Below the pieces are notes generated by a model. It searched no databases. It was given only the letters and a program-made list of their open reading frames with translations, and was not told the origin of the DNA. Of a stretch of DNA of 38,598 nt, positions 8,268 to 19,516 are shown piece by piece. This stretch comes from an uncultured Clostridia bacterium (GTDB lineage: Bacteria > Bacillota > Clostridia > Christensenellales > Borkfalkiaceae), in the NCBI GenBank assembly GCA_947629225.1, contig CANRCY010000001.1:1-38598 (forward strand), given 5' to 3'. Made by a program: the position numbers and the translations under genes. The stretch's first letter is position 1. Every line of letters begins with the position of its first letter.

Positions 8268-8612
8268 ATGAAAGGTCTGATCGAAGCGATCGAGAGAGAA
8301 GGGCTCAAAGAAAACGTGCCGCAGTTCAACGTGGGCGACACGGTGAGAGTCGGCTACCGCATCATCGAAGGCGGCAAAGAGAGAATCCAGAATTTCGAAG
8401 GCGTTGTGATCGCCAAAAAGCACGGCGGCATCCGCGAGACGTTCACCGTCCGCCGCCTCTCCTTCGGCGTAGGCGTGGAGCGTTGCTTCCCCCTGCATTC
8501 CCCGAAGATCGCCCACGTCACCGTTGTGCGCGCGGGCAAGGTGAGAAGGGCAAAGCTCTACTACCTGAGAGGACGCACGGGCAAAGCCGCGAAGATCAAA
8601 GAACTCAAATAA
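8268..8612 (+). CDS. rplS: 50S ribosomal protein L19, 114 aa
   Basis: [28 protein letters not shown]...[17 protein letters not shown]...FTVRR is typical of L19. GGAGG lies 8 nt upstream of the ATG at 8268, and I prefer this start over the ORF-track start at 8235. Confidence 0.95.
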   Translation: MKGLIEAIEREGLKENVPQFNVGDTVRVGYRIIEGGKERIQNFEGVVIAKKHGGIRETFTVRRLSFGVGVERCFPLHSPKIAHVTVVRAGKVRRAKLYYLRGRTGKAAKIKELK

Positions 8613-8620
8613 GGCGAAAA

Positions 8621-8653
8621 GAGGCGCTCCGCCAAAGGGGCGTCTCTTTTTTT
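8621..8653 (+). terminator. intrinsic terminator of rplS
   Basis: gaggcgctcc pairs with ggggcgtctc (10 bp including two G-U pairs) around the loop gccaaa, followed by T7. Confidence 0.8.
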
Positions 8654-8699
8654 GCGGCGGAGGGACGTAAAGTTTTTTTGAAAAAGCGGTTGAAAATCG

Positions 8700-8728
8700 T
8701 TTACAATTCCCCGCATTTCGGTTAGAAT
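8700..8728 (+). promoter_or_regulatory. candidate promoter for the 8761 gene
   Basis: TTTACA, a 17-nt spacer, then TAGAAT, lying 33 nt upstream of the ATG. Confidence 0.5.
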
Positions 8729-8760
8729 AATATCCGACGATATAATAAGGAAACAATCGT

Positions 8761-10758
8761 ATGAAGAAAACAAACATCTGGAACAGAATGACGGGCTGGC
8801 TCCGCGCCTTCCTCATTCTTGCACTCGTCTTCCTTGCCATCGGGCTGGGGACGCTCGGTTCCGTCACCCCCGTCGGCGACGGATGCGCGCTTTCGTCGAA
8901 AAAAGAGACCGACGGCAAATCGCCCTGTATCGTGCTCAACATCGCCAACCCCGCGGGACGCACCGATCTGTACATCAAGGAAGTGTACTTCAATGTCGGC
9001 GCGATCTATACGGAGTTCGGGAGGACCGTCACCATCCGCGTTGCCCGCGGCGCGAGCAAACAGAGCTCCTATTTCACCACCCGCGATTTTACCTTCGATA
9101 ACTTTTACAGGGACGAGGAAGGCGTGAGGACGGAGTCGGGCGACGTCGCCAACTGGGTCCGCTTCGACGTTACCCGCGCAGATGACGGAACGAGCGCGGG
9201 AAGCGGTTGGAGAGTTTCGGGGAATCCCTTTATCAAGATCACCGTCGAAACGCCGAATACGACCGTTCTGATCAATGAGATCGTCTTCGTCGCGAACGAC
9301 GAGGACCTTGAAGCGGAGGGCAAACACAAGCCCGTCGCGCTCAGACCGACCGTCTTCGAGGACCCCGAGTACGGCACCCTGCTCCTCGGCGGCGACCCCG
9401 CCGCGATCGTGGACGCGCACCGCATTCCTTCGGCGGCGCAGACGTCCTTCTTCCGTCTCGGACCCGAAGAGGCGTATACGATGATGACCATTTCGGAGAT
9501 GCGCCAAGGCAAAAACTATGCGCGCGGCTCCGTCTATCATCTCGACAGCGTGTATAACTCCCTCGGGACCGACCTCATAGCGCTCGGCGCTCTGATCTTC
9601 GGCATGAGCCCCTTCGGGCTCCGCATCATGCCCTTCCTCGCCTCGTTCGGCATTCTCGTGTTCGGCTTCCTCTTCGTGCGCAAGCTCGCGGGGGGCAAGG
9701 ACAAGGCGGGATTCATCTTTGCCGTTTTGTATGCGCTCTGCGGCATGGGCATCAGCCTCGGGCATTTCGGCACGCCGCTCATGATCGGCTTGTTCTTCTT
9801 TACGGCGGCGCTCTTCTTCGCGCTGAAATTCTTCCGCGACGGAATGCCGAAGACCGACTTCTCTTCCGCGGCTCCCGCTCTTTTCGGCGGTCTGTTCGCG
9901 GCGGCTTCGATCTGCGTCAACGGCGCGTTCATCGTACCGTGCATCGGCATTGCAGGGCTCTTCCGTGTGAGACGGCAAACGCGCGCAGAGCTCGACGCGG
10001 CGATCGACGAAGTGGAAGCGGACGAGAGCAAGCCGAATTTCGTCCCCGTCAAGGGAACGGTCACCGAGCCGCGGAAAAAACTCTCGTCGGCGCTCTCCGC
10101 CCACCGCAACAAGAGCGTGCTCTCGGGCAGCCTCTTCTTTGCGGCGCTCGTCCTGGGGACGGTCATCATCTCCCTTCTCGCCGCCCTCCCGATGAGCAAC
10201 GTCTATATCAAACTCTATGACAATCCCGAAAGCCCCGCAATGAGCTTCTTCTCCCTCGTTTGGAGAGCGTTCTGCGGCGGGTTTATCGGAGAAAATTATC
10301 TCGTCTCCGCGCAGTCGGCGTGGAGCCCGTTCTATCTCCTCTTCAAGGGGACGGGGCAGTTCGCCGCCGTCACCGCGACGGGCTCGCTCGTCGCAATCGC
10401 CTCGCTCTTTGCGGGCGTCGTCGGGTTCGTGCTCGCCATTTTGCTCCTTGTGCGCAAGCTGAACGACGAATCCTTCCGCGGGGAGCTCGTCTCCGTGCTC
10501 ATCCCGCTCGTCGGGCTGGTTCTCGGGCTCGCGACGGCGATCTTCGCCAAGGGCGGGCTTGCCTTCCTTCTTCTTGCCTATCTCTGTCTGTTTGCGATCG
10601 CCGCGAAAGCCGCGACGGACGAAGACGAAAAATATGCAAAGACCATCAAAATCCTGACCATTATCTGCCTCGTCGGGCTGGCGGTATGCTTCGGGCTGTT
10701 CGCCGTGTTTACCTTCTCCATCCCGACGCACGGATTCCTGTCGGGACTTTGGGCATAA
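8761..10758 (+). CDS. polytopic membrane protein, PMT/ArnT-like (GT-C type) glycosyltransferase-like, with an extra N-terminal extracytoplasmic domain, 665 aa
   Basis: There is an N-terminal TM segment, a ~230-aa non-membrane region, and then many hydrophobic segments. The segment EEAYTMM...LGTDLIALGALIFGMSPFGLRIMPFLASFG resembles the first loop/TM region of PMT_2-type glycosyltransferases, but the usual acidic/HPPLGK-type motifs look degenerate. Confidence 0.6.
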   Translation: MKKTNIWNRMTGWLRAFLILALVFLAIGLGTLGSVTPVGDGCALSSKKETDGKSPCIVLNIANPAGRTDLYIKEVYFNVGAIYTEFGRTVTIRVARGASKQSSYFTTRDFTFDNFYRDEEGVRTESGDVANWVRFDVTRADDGTSAGSGWRVSGNPFIKITVETPNTTVLINEIVFVANDEDLEAEGKHKPVALRPTVFEDPEYGTLLLGGDPAAIVDAHRIPSAAQTSFFRLGPEEAYTMMTISEMRQGKNYARGSVYHLDSVYNSLGTDLIALGALIFGMSPFGLRIMPFLASFGILVFGFLFVRKLAGGKDKAGFIFAVLYALCGMGISLGHFGTPLMIGLFFFTAALFFALKFFRDGMPKTDFSSAAPALFGGLFAAASICVNGAFIVPCIGIAGLFRVRRQTRAELDAAIDEVEADESKPNFVPVKGTVTEPRKKLSSALSAHRNKSVLSGSLFFAALVLGTVIISLLAALPMSNVYIKLYDNPESPAMSFFSLVWRAFCGGFIGENYLVSAQSAWSPFYLLFKGTGQFAAVTATGSLVAIASLFAGVVGFVLAILLLVRKLNDESFRGELVSVLIPLVGLVLGLATAIFAKGGLAFLLLAYLCLFAIAAKAATDEDEKYAKTIKILTIICLVGLAVCFGLFAVFTFSIPTHGFLSGLWA

Positions 10759-10794
10759 ACGCGCCGAGCGCGGCATTTACAGGGGGGAAAAACA

Positions 10795-12315
10795 ATGATC
10801 GCGAAAATCCAATGCTACACCCTTTCGGGATTGGAGGGGATCCCCGTCGAAGTGGAGACGGACGTCAATAAGGGCGTTCCCTCTTACGACATGGTGGGGC
10901 TGCCCGATACGGCGGTGAAAGAGTCCAAGGAACGGGTGCGCTCCGCCCTCAAAAACAGCGGGCTTCTGTTCCCCATGAACAGGATCACCATCAACTTTGC
11001 GCCCGCAGACCTCAAAAAAGAGGGCGCGGTGTTCGACCTCGCTGTTGCCGTCTCGCTGCTCAAAGCGAGCGAACAGCTGATCGGAGCCGACGTTTCGGAC
11101 ATTGTCTTTCTCGGCGAGCTTGCGCTCAACGGCGATTTGCGTCCCGTCGGCGGGCTGCTCCCCATTCTCATCTCGGCAAAGTCGCACGGGTTCACGCGGT
11201 TCATCATTCCCGCCTCCAACGCCAAGGAAGCCCGCTTTTTGGGCGGCGCGGAAATTTATCCCGCGGAGAACTTGCTCGGCGTTGTGAAACATCTCGTCGG
11301 CGTGGAGCAGATCGAACCGCTCGAAACGGCGGAGTTTGCCGCCTGCAAACGGGAAAATACCTCTGCCGACCTCAAATACGTCAAGGGACAGCCCATGGCG
11401 CGGCGGGCGATCGAGATCGCCGTTGCGGGCGGGCACAACCTGCTGATGGTGGGTCCCCCCGGCACGGGCAAGACCATGCTCGCGCGGTGCCTTCCGACCA
11501 TCATGCCCGACCTCACCTTCGAAGAGGCGCTCGAAATTACCAAAATCCACTCCGTTGCGGGCATTTTGGGAGAGGAAGGGATCGTGACCGAACGTCCCTT
11601 CCGCACTCCGCACCACACGGCGACGACCGTTTCGATGTGCGGCGGCGGAAACCGCGTCGTCCACCCCGGAGAGATCTCCCTCGCCCACGGCGGCGTGCTC
11701 TTCCTCGACGAACTGCCCGAATATAAGCGTTCCACCCTCGAAGCGCTCCGCCAGCCCCTCGAAGACGGAAAGATCTCCGTCTCCCGCGCGGGCGGAACCT
11801 TTACATACCCGTCTCGGTTTATGCTCTGCGCGAGCATGAATCCCTGCCCGTGCGGCAACTACGGCTCGGCGAATCTCGTGTGCACCTGCACGCCCGCCGA
11901 GATCAGACGGTACCGCAGAAAGATCTCGGGACCCCTCCTCGACAGGATCGACATCCAGGTGGAAGTGGACAACATCTCCTACGACGAGCTCACATCGGGA
12001 GAGAAGAGGGAATCTTCGGAGACGGTGCGCGAACGGGTGAACATCGCAAGGCGCATCCAGCGCAACCGCTTCTCGGAATACAAACTCAACACCAATGCGG
12101 AGATGGGGGAGCGGGAACTCAACGAATTCTGCCGTCTCGGCAGGGAGAGCGAGGAAATTTTGCGCAGAGCGTTCGAACGCATGAAGCTGTCCGCACGTGC
12201 GCGCGCCCGTATCATCAAGGTCTCGCGGACCATCGCCGACCTCGACGGCAGTGAGGAAATCCTGCCCAAGCATGTGTTCGAAGCGGTCTCGTACCGCCTC
12301 GACGAAAAGATCTGA
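10795..12315 (+). CDS. comM: YifB/ComM family Mg-chelatase-like ATPase, 506 aa
   Basis: MIAKIQCYTLSGLEGIPVEVETD is followed by a Lon-protease-like N-domain. Walker A is GPPGTGKTM. GVLFLDELPE is present. Confidence 0.92.
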   Translation: MIAKIQCYTLSGLEGIPVEVETDVNKGVPSYDMVGLPDTAVKESKERVRSALKNSGLLFPMNRITINFAPADLKKEGAVFDLAVAVSLLKASEQLIGADVSDIVFLGELALNGDLRPVGGLLPILISAKSHGFTRFIIPASNAKEARFLGGAEIYPAENLLGVVKHLVGVEQIEPLETAEFAACKRENTSADLKYVKGQPMARRAIEIAVAGGHNLLMVGPPGTGKTMLARCLPTIMPDLTFEEALEITKIHSVAGILGEEGIVTERPFRTPHHTATTVSMCGGGNRVVHPGEISLAHGGVLFLDELPEYKRSTLEALRQPLEDGKISVSRAGGTFTYPSRFMLCASMNPCPCGNYGSANLVCTCTPAEIRRYRRKISGPLLDRIDIQVEVDNISYDELTSGEKRESSETVRERVNIARRIQRNRFSEYKLNTNAEMGERELNEFCRLGRESEEILRRAFERMKLSARARARIIKVSRTIADLDGSEEILPKHVFEAVSYRLDEKI

Positions 12316-12316
12316 A

Positions 12317-13381
12317 ATGACTGCTTACACGAGGGATGAATGCGCGCTCATCTGGCTGTGCGCCTGCGCAGGGCTCGAGCCGAAAGAGAGAGTCGTCCTT
12401 CTCAGGGCGGCGGGGTCGCCGTCCGCTCTTTTCGAAAAATACGAAAGGTTTTTGGGCGTTCTTCCGCAGAGGGAGCCCCCGTGCGGGTTCGACGAACGCA
12501 AGCGGCAACTCTCCGCCCTGCTCAAAGAGATGGCGCAGAAGAAGCGCTTTGCCGTGACTGCCGTGAGCGAAGACTATCCCGAGGCGCTCAAAGCGGCTTC
12601 TCCGCCCCTCGTCCTCTTCGGAGAGGGGAAGCGGGAACTCCTCAAAGAGAAACTTTTTTGCATTGTGGGCTCCCGTATCACTCCGCCGTGGGCGGAAAAA
12701 TTCGGGAGCGAGATCGCCGAAAAACTCTCGCGGCGGTTCACCGTCGTCACGGGGCTTGCGGAAGGGGGAGACCTCTCCGCCGTCCGCGGCGCGCTTCCCT
12801 CGGGCAAACTCATCTGCGTGCTGCCGTGCGGGCTCGACGAATGCTATCCCGCCGCCCATGCGGCGATCAAGGAGAGAGTGCGCGAAGCGGGGCTCCTGTT
12901 GAGCGAATATCCCTTCGAAGAGAAGACGAAGAAGTATTCCTTCCATGCGCGCAACCGCATTCTTGCGGGATTGTGCGAAGGGGTGCTCGTCCTCTCCGCG
13001 GCGGAGAAGAGCGGCGCGCTCATCACCGCAAACACCGCCCTCGAATACGGGAGAGACGTGTTTGCCGTTCCCTATAACCCCGGGATCAAGCAGGGAGAGG
13101 GGTGCAACGAACTCTTGAAGAAAGGCGCATATGTGTGCACTTGCGCGCAGGATGTGTTCGACTGTTACGGAATTCTTCCCCCCGAGGAGAAAGAGATCGT
13201 TCTCTCCCCCGAAGAGGAAAAGATCTATTCCCTTCTCCATGAGGAAGGGGAACTGCATGCGGCGATCATCGCCGAACGCGCCGATCTCCCCATTTACGAG
13301 GCGACGGCGATCCTCTCTTCGCTCGAACTCAAAGGGCTCGTCGTCAAATCGGGCGGGAACAGATACGGTTGCGTCGGATAG
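12317..13381 (+). CDS. dprA: DNA processing protein DprA (Smf), 354 aa
   Basis: IVGSRITPPWAEKF...VTGLAEGGD...SGALITANTALEYGRDVFAVP matches the Rossmann-like DprA core. The ATG lies 1 nt after the comM stop. The ORF-track start at 12197 lies inside comM. Confidence 0.9.
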   Translation: MTAYTRDECALIWLCACAGLEPKERVVLLRAAGSPSALFEKYERFLGVLPQREPPCGFDERKRQLSALLKEMAQKKRFAVTAVSEDYPEALKAASPPLVLFGEGKRELLKEKLFCIVGSRITPPWAEKFGSEIAEKLSRRFTVVTGLAEGGDLSAVRGALPSGKLICVLPCGLDECYPAAHAAIKERVREAGLLLSEYPFEEKTKKYSFHARNRILAGLCEGVLVLSAAEKSGALITANTALEYGRDVFAVPYNPGIKQGEGCNELLKKGAYVCTCAQDVFDCYGILPPEEKEIVLSPEEEKIYSLLHEEGELHAAIIAERADLPIYEATAILSSLELKGLVVKSGGNRYGCVG

Positions 13382-13415
13382 ACCGTTTGAACAAGAAAAA
13401 TCATCAGAGGTAAAT

Positions 13416-15653
13416 ATGGATCTTATCATCGTAGAATCGCCGAGCAAGGCGAAAACCATCTCGAAATATCTGAAAGGGAAGTACCGCGTGGACGCTTCGG
13501 GCGGACATATCCGCGACCTTCCCCAGAAAAAGCTCGGCGTTTCCGTCTCGCAGAACTTCGAGCCCCAATACGTCACTTCCCCCGGGAAGGAAGAGACGAT
13601 CAAGCGGCTCTCCGAAGAGGCGAAACGGGCGGGAAAAGTCTATCTCGCGACCGACCCCGACCGCGAGGGCGAGGCGATCTCGTGGCACCTTCAAACCGTG
13701 CTCGGTCTCGACGCGGAAAAGGAAAACCGCATCGAATTCAACGAGATCTCTCCCAAGGCGGTGGAGCGGGCGCTCGAACATCCGCGCAAGATCGACTATA
13801 ACCTCGTCGACGCACAGCAGGCGCGGCGGGTGCTCGACCGTCTCGTGGGCTATAAACTCTCGCCGCTGCTCAACAACAAGATCAGAAACGGGCTCTCCGC
13901 GGGCAGAGTGCAGTCGGTCGCGCTCCGTCTCGTCGTCGACAGGGAACGCGAAATCCAGAGCTTCAAACCCGAGGAATATTGGACGATCTCGGCAGAACTG
14001 CAAGACGGTGCAAAAAAATTCCCTTCCTTCCGCGCCCTTCTCGAAAAGAAGGGGGGAAAGAAGTGCAAGATCTCTTCCAAAGAGGAGGCGGACGCGGCGC
14101 TCTCCGCCCTGCGCAGCGGCAATTATACGGTGACATCCGTCAAGAAATCGATTGCCCGTTCGCACGCTCCCGCTCCCTTTACGACGAGCACCCTCCAACA
14201 GGACGCTTCCAACAAACTCGGCATGACTTCGCCCGAGACCATGCTCATGGCGCAACACCTCTATGAGGGCATGGACGTGGAAAACGAAGGACATATCGCA
14301 TTTGTCACCTATATCCGTACCGATTCCACCCGCATTTCCGCGGACGCACAGGCGGCGGCGCTCGACTATATCGCCGAAAAGTACGGCAAGGAGTACTGCC
14401 CCGCCAAGCCCAATTTCTACGCTTCCAAAAAGGGCGCGCAGGACGCGCACGAGGCGATCCGTCCCATCGATCTCAAGCTGACGCCCGAGATCGCGCGCAA
14501 GATGCTCGACCGCAAACACTACAACGTCTATAAGCTCATCTATGAGCGTTTTATCGCTTCCCAGATGGCGGAGGCGCAGTACGATTCGATGCAGATCGAG
14601 ATCGGGAACAGCGGGTACGGGCTCCGCGCGAGCGGAAAGGCATTGCGCTTTGCGGGCTTTACCGTCGTCTACCAGGAGTATAAAAAAGAGGACGAAGAGG
14701 AGCCGAGCCCTCTCCTGCCCCCCCTCGGCGAAGGGGACGCGCTCGTCTCGCTCGGCGATAAGGCGGAACAGAAATTCACCAAACCGCCCATCCGCTACAC
14801 CGACGCTTCCCTCGTGAAGGCGATGGAAGACAAGGGGATCGGACGTCCTTCGACCTACGCTTCCATCATTTCCGTGCTCAACAAACGCAAATACGTGACG
14901 AAGGACGGGAAGTATATGCTTCCCACCGAGATCGCCTACCGCATTACCGACATGCTCGTGAAATATTTCACCGACGTGATGGACGTCGGCTTTACGGCGG
15001 ATATGGAAGAAAAACTCGACGAGATCGAAGAGGGCGGCAAGGATTGGCACTCCATCATTGCGGCGTTCTATCCGCCTTTCGAGGAAAAACTCCGCTTTGC
15101 GAGCTCCGACGGCGACGAGCTAACCGACATTCTCTGCGAAAAATGCGGGCGTCCCATGGTGCGGAAAAACGGCAAGTACGGAAAATACCTTGCCTGTACG
15201 GGCTATCCCGCCTGCTCGAATATCATCAGCGAAGGAGAGGTGGAAGTCACCGGCACGCCCTGCCCCAAGTGCGGCGCGATGATGACGGTCAAGACGGGAC
15301 GGTACGGCAAATTCCTCGCCTGCCCCAATTATCCCTCCTGCAAATCGACCCTTCCCTTCGAGGAGGAGAAGAAGGAGACCGTGTACGAGGGCGTTTGCCC
15401 CGAATGCGGAAAGCCCACCAAAAAGCTGTACTCCCGTACGGGGAAACCCTATTACGGTTGCAGCGGCTACCCCGTATGCAAATTCATGAGCTGGGACACA
15501 CCGACAGGGCAGAAGTGCCCCGTCTGCGGCGGCGCGCTCGTGACGACGGTCAAAGGCGTTGTAAAATGCGCCAACCGTGAATGTTCGTACCGCCCCGAGA
15601 AGCCCGAAAAGGCGGCGAAAACGCCCAAGAGCGCAAAAAAGGCGAAGGCGTGA
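13416..15653 (+). CDS. topA: DNA topoisomerase I, 745 aa
   Basis: MDLIIVESPSKAKTISKYL is followed by the Toprim acidic cluster ATDPDREGEAISWH. Several C-terminal CxxC...CxxC zinc-ribbon repeats are present. The ORF-track start at 13131 lies inside dprA. Confidence 0.95.
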   Translation: MDLIIVESPSKAKTISKYLKGKYRVDASGGHIRDLPQKKLGVSVSQNFEPQYVTSPGKEETIKRLSEEAKRAGKVYLATDPDREGEAISWHLQTVLGLDAEKENRIEFNEISPKAVERALEHPRKIDYNLVDAQQARRVLDRLVGYKLSPLLNNKIRNGLSAGRVQSVALRLVVDREREIQSFKPEEYWTISAELQDGAKKFPSFRALLEKKGGKKCKISSKEEADAALSALRSGNYTVTSVKKSIARSHAPAPFTTSTLQQDASNKLGMTSPETMLMAQHLYEGMDVENEGHIAFVTYIRTDSTRISADAQAAALDYIAEKYGKEYCPAKPNFYASKKGAQDAHEAIRPIDLKLTPEIARKMLDRKHYNVYKLIYERFIASQMAEAQYDSMQIEIGNSGYGLRASGKALRFAGFTVVYQEYKKEDEEEPSPLLPPLGEGDALVSLGDKAEQKFTKPPIRYTDASLVKAMEDKGIGRPSTYASIISVLNKRKYVTKDGKYMLPTEIAYRITDMLVKYFTDVMDVGFTADMEEKLDEIEEGGKDWHSIIAAFYPPFEEKLRFASSDGDELTDILCEKCGRPMVRKNGKYGKYLACTGYPACSNIISEGEVEVTGTPCPKCGAMMTVKTGRYGKFLACPNYPSCKSTLPFEEEKKETVYEGVCPECGKPTKKLYSRTGKPYYGCSGYPVCKFMSWDTPTGQKCPVCGGALVTTVKGVVKCANRECSYRPEKPEKAAKTPKSAKKAKA

Positions 15654-16933
15654 TACGGGTCATCGGCGCGGGGCTCGCGGGGAGCGAAGCCGCCTACTTT
15701 TTGGGAAGCCGCGGCGTAGACGTGGAGCTCGCCGAGATGAAGCCGAAAAAGTTTACTCCCGCCCATGAGAGCGAGGGGTTCGGGGAGCTCGTCTGCTCCA
15801 ATTCCCTCAAGAGCAACGACGTTTACGGAAACGCCTGCGGGCTCCTGAAAGAGGAGATGAGGCGGCTGGGCTCGCTCACCATGCAAGCGGCGGAATTTTC
15901 CCGCGTGCCTGCGGGGGGCGCGCTCGCCGTCGACCGCGAGAAGTTTTCCGCATATGTGACGGAGCACATCAGAGCATGCAAGCATATCACCGTCGTCTGC
16001 GAGGAAATATGCGCCCTGCCGCAAGCGGGAATTGTCGCGACGGGACCGCTCACTTCCGATCCGCTCATGCGGGATATCGAAGAAAAATTCGGGACCCAGC
16101 ACTTCTTCGACGCGTCCGCGCCCATCGTCTCCCGCGAGAGCATCGACATGGCGCACGTCTTTTCTGCCGACCGCTACGGAAACGGCACGGGGGATTACCT
16201 CAACTGTCCGCTCAACAAGGAAGAATATGAGCTCTTCGTGCGGGAATTGCTCGGCGCGGAGCGCGCAAAACTGCATACGTTTGAGAAAAACGAGATCTTC
16301 GAGGGGTGTATGCCCGTCGAAGTGATGGCGGCGCGGGGAAAAGATACCCTGCGCTTCGGCACATTTAAGCCCGTGGGGCTCTTCGACGGCGAGGGGAAAC
16401 GCCCCTATGCCGTACTGCAACTCCGCAAGGAGAATGCCGCGGGGACGATGTACGGGCTCGTCGGCTGCCAGACCAACCTCAAATTCGGGGAGCAGAAGCG
16501 GGTCTTTTCGCTCATTCCCGCCCTTCGCAACGCAGAGTTCTTGCGCTACGGTGTCATGCATCGCAATTCCTACCTCAACGCGCCCGAGGTCCTGAACGCC
16601 GATTTTTCGGTCAAAACGCAACACAGGTTGTATTTTGCGGGGCAGATCACGGGCGTGGAAGGGTATGTGGAAAGCGCCGCCTCGGGGCTTCTTGCCGCCG
16701 TGCACGTTTGGAACGCGCTCAGCGGCAGAGCGGCATATGTGCCCGAGGACACTTCGGTGTGCGGCGCGCTCTCCCGCTATATCGCCGCGCCCAATCGGCA
16801 CTTCGAACCCATGAATGCGAACTATGGCATTCTCCGTCCCCTCGACGTGCGCGAAAAAGCCGAAAAACGCCGTCTGATGGCGGAACGCGCCCTCGCCGAG
16901 ATCGAAAATTTCAAGGCATATTCGCAAATTTGA
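15650..16933 (+). CDS. trmFO: methylenetetrahydrofolate--tRNA-(uracil-5-)-methyltransferase TrmFO, 427 aa
   Basis: V-IRVIGAGLAGSEAAYFL is the FAD motif. The position after topA matches the Firmicute synteny. I propose a GTG start overlapping the topA stop (GTGA). Confidence 0.88.
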   Translation: MIRVIGAGLAGSEAAYFLGSRGVDVELAEMKPKKFTPAHESEGFGELVCSNSLKSNDVYGNACGLLKEEMRRLGSLTMQAAEFSRVPAGGALAVDREKFSAYVTEHIRACKHITVVCEEICALPQAGIVATGPLTSDPLMRDIEEKFGTQHFFDASAPIVSRESIDMAHVFSADRYGNGTGDYLNCPLNKEEYELFVRELLGAERAKLHTFEKNEIFEGCMPVEVMAARGKDTLRFGTFKPVGLFDGEGKRPYAVLQLRKENAAGTMYGLVGCQTNLKFGEQKRVFSLIPALRNAEFLRYGVMHRNSYLNAPEVLNADFSVKTQHRLYFAGQITGVEGYVESAASGLLAAVHVWNALSGRAAYVPEDTSVCGALSRYIAAPNRHFEPMNANYGILRPLDVREKAEKRRLMAERALAEIENFKAYSQI

Positions 16934-17020
16934 CGCCCGCGCTTCGTTTCGGAGCGAAAAAAACGGGGTATATATAAAAAAATCCCTGCGCCCACGCGGC
17001 GCCGCGACAAGGAGAACCAT

Positions 17021-17554
17021 ATGGAATTCAGAGGAACAACCATCTGCGCCGTGAAAAAAGACGGCGTGACGGCGATCGCCGGCGACGGACAGGTCACCAT
17101 GGGCGAGAGCGTCGTCTTCAAAAACAGCGCCGTGAAAGTGCGCAGGATCTACGGGGGCAAGGTCATTCTCGGCTTTGCGGGGAGCGTTACCGACGCGTTT
17201 TCCCTCTCCGAGCGGTTCGAGGGCATGCTCAACAAGTTTGCGGGCAACCTGATGCGCTCCGCGGTCGAACTCGCCGATCTGTGGCGGTCGGATAAAGTGG
17301 GCAGAAAACTCGACGCGATGATGATCACCGCGGACAAGGATACGCTCCTGATCTTATCGGGCACGGGGGAAGTCATCGAACCCGACGAGGGGATCTGCGC
17401 CATCGGGAGCGGCGGGAATTACGCCCTTGCGGCTGCTCGCGCCCTCTCCCAGAACACCGACTTCTCCGCCGAAGAGATCGCACGCAAGTCCCTTAAGATC
17501 GCTTCGGAGATCTGCGTCTTCACCAACGACCATATCATCTGCGAGGTGGTATAA
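17021..17554 (+). CDS. hslV: ATP-dependent protease subunit HslV, 177 aa
   Basis: [15 protein letters not shown] contains the N-terminal Thr nucleophile context. [14 protein letters not shown] is present. Confidence 0.93.
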   Translation: MEFRGTTICAVKKDGVTAIAGDGQVTMGESVVFKNSAVKVRRIYGGKVILGFAGSVTDAFSLSERFEGMLNKFAGNLMRSAVELADLWRSDKVGRKLDAMMITADKDTLLILSGTGEVIEPDEGICAIGSGGNYALAAARALSQNTDFSAEEIARKSLKIASEICVFTNDHIICEVV

Positions 17555-17642
17555 GTTCACGGAATTCGCAAAAGCATTTCCGTGAGGGTCAAAAAAGCGG
17601 CAACTCAGCCCGCATATTCCTTATCTATTGGAGGTCAAAGCG

Positions 17643-18952
<1,310 letters not shown>

Positions 18953-18953
<1 letters not shown>

Positions 18954-19345
18954 TTTCGCGAAAAATCTTGCTATGCAATCTTTTTCGCGAGGAAATGAGC
19001 GTTGGCGGTTTAACTTTCTTGTCCTCTCGGTCGTTTCATCGGGCAAGAAGTTGCAAGAGTGCAACAAATGTTGTCGCGCAGCGAAGAAGCGTGGTTCTTC
19101 TCGCGCAAGGGGATTATAAGATTTCGCGAAAAATCTTTTGCTTCGCAAAATCTTTTTCGCGAGGAAATGAGCTTTGGCGGTTTAACTTTCTTGGTCCTCT
19201 CGGTCGTGTTGACGGACAAGAAGGCAAAAGGTTTTGCCAAATTGGGTCGCCCACGGCGGAAGTGAATTCCGCCTAAGGCAAGAGGATTATAAGATTTCGC
19301 GAAAAATCTTGCTATGCAATCTTTTCCGCGAGGAAATGAGGGTGC
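18953..19345. repeat. tandem repeat of about 170 bp, 2.4 copies, each starting with a long hairpin
   Basis: gatttcgcgaaaaatcttgctatgcaatctttttcgcgaggaaatgag starts at 18953, 19120 and 19293. The first two copies continue with c(g/t)ttggcggtttaactttcttg(g)tcctctcggtcgt. The copy tails differ, but each contains two further hairpins. Confidence 0.85.
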
Positions 19346-19356
19346 TACATAGTCTC

Positions 19357-19457
19357 GGCGCCCCTTTTAGGGGAGCTGTCACCGAAGGTGACTGAGGGGT
19401 TTTCAGAAACCCTTTTGGCTCACTTTGTTCGCCACTTTCCCTTTCAGGGACAGCAAG
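19357..19457. repeat. interspersed hairpin-repeat modules upstream of hisS
   Basis: ggcgccccttttaggggagctgtcaccgaaggtgactgagggg is the reverse complement of the family seen at 21971-22014 and 28466-28514. ctcactttgttcgccactttccc...agggacagcaag parallels 28183-28222. Confidence 0.7.
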
Positions 19458-19516
19458 TATTTATCTTGGCGGGACAGCGATGGTAGCGACTGTACGGATT
19501 TAATAAGGAGAAAAGG

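Noticed and set aside
19330-19516. A T-box leader upstream of hisS.
   Set aside because: The conserved T-box sequence (..GGUGGUACCGCG..) is absent. The closest string, gagggtgctacatag, is a poor match. The region is explained by interspersed repeat modules.
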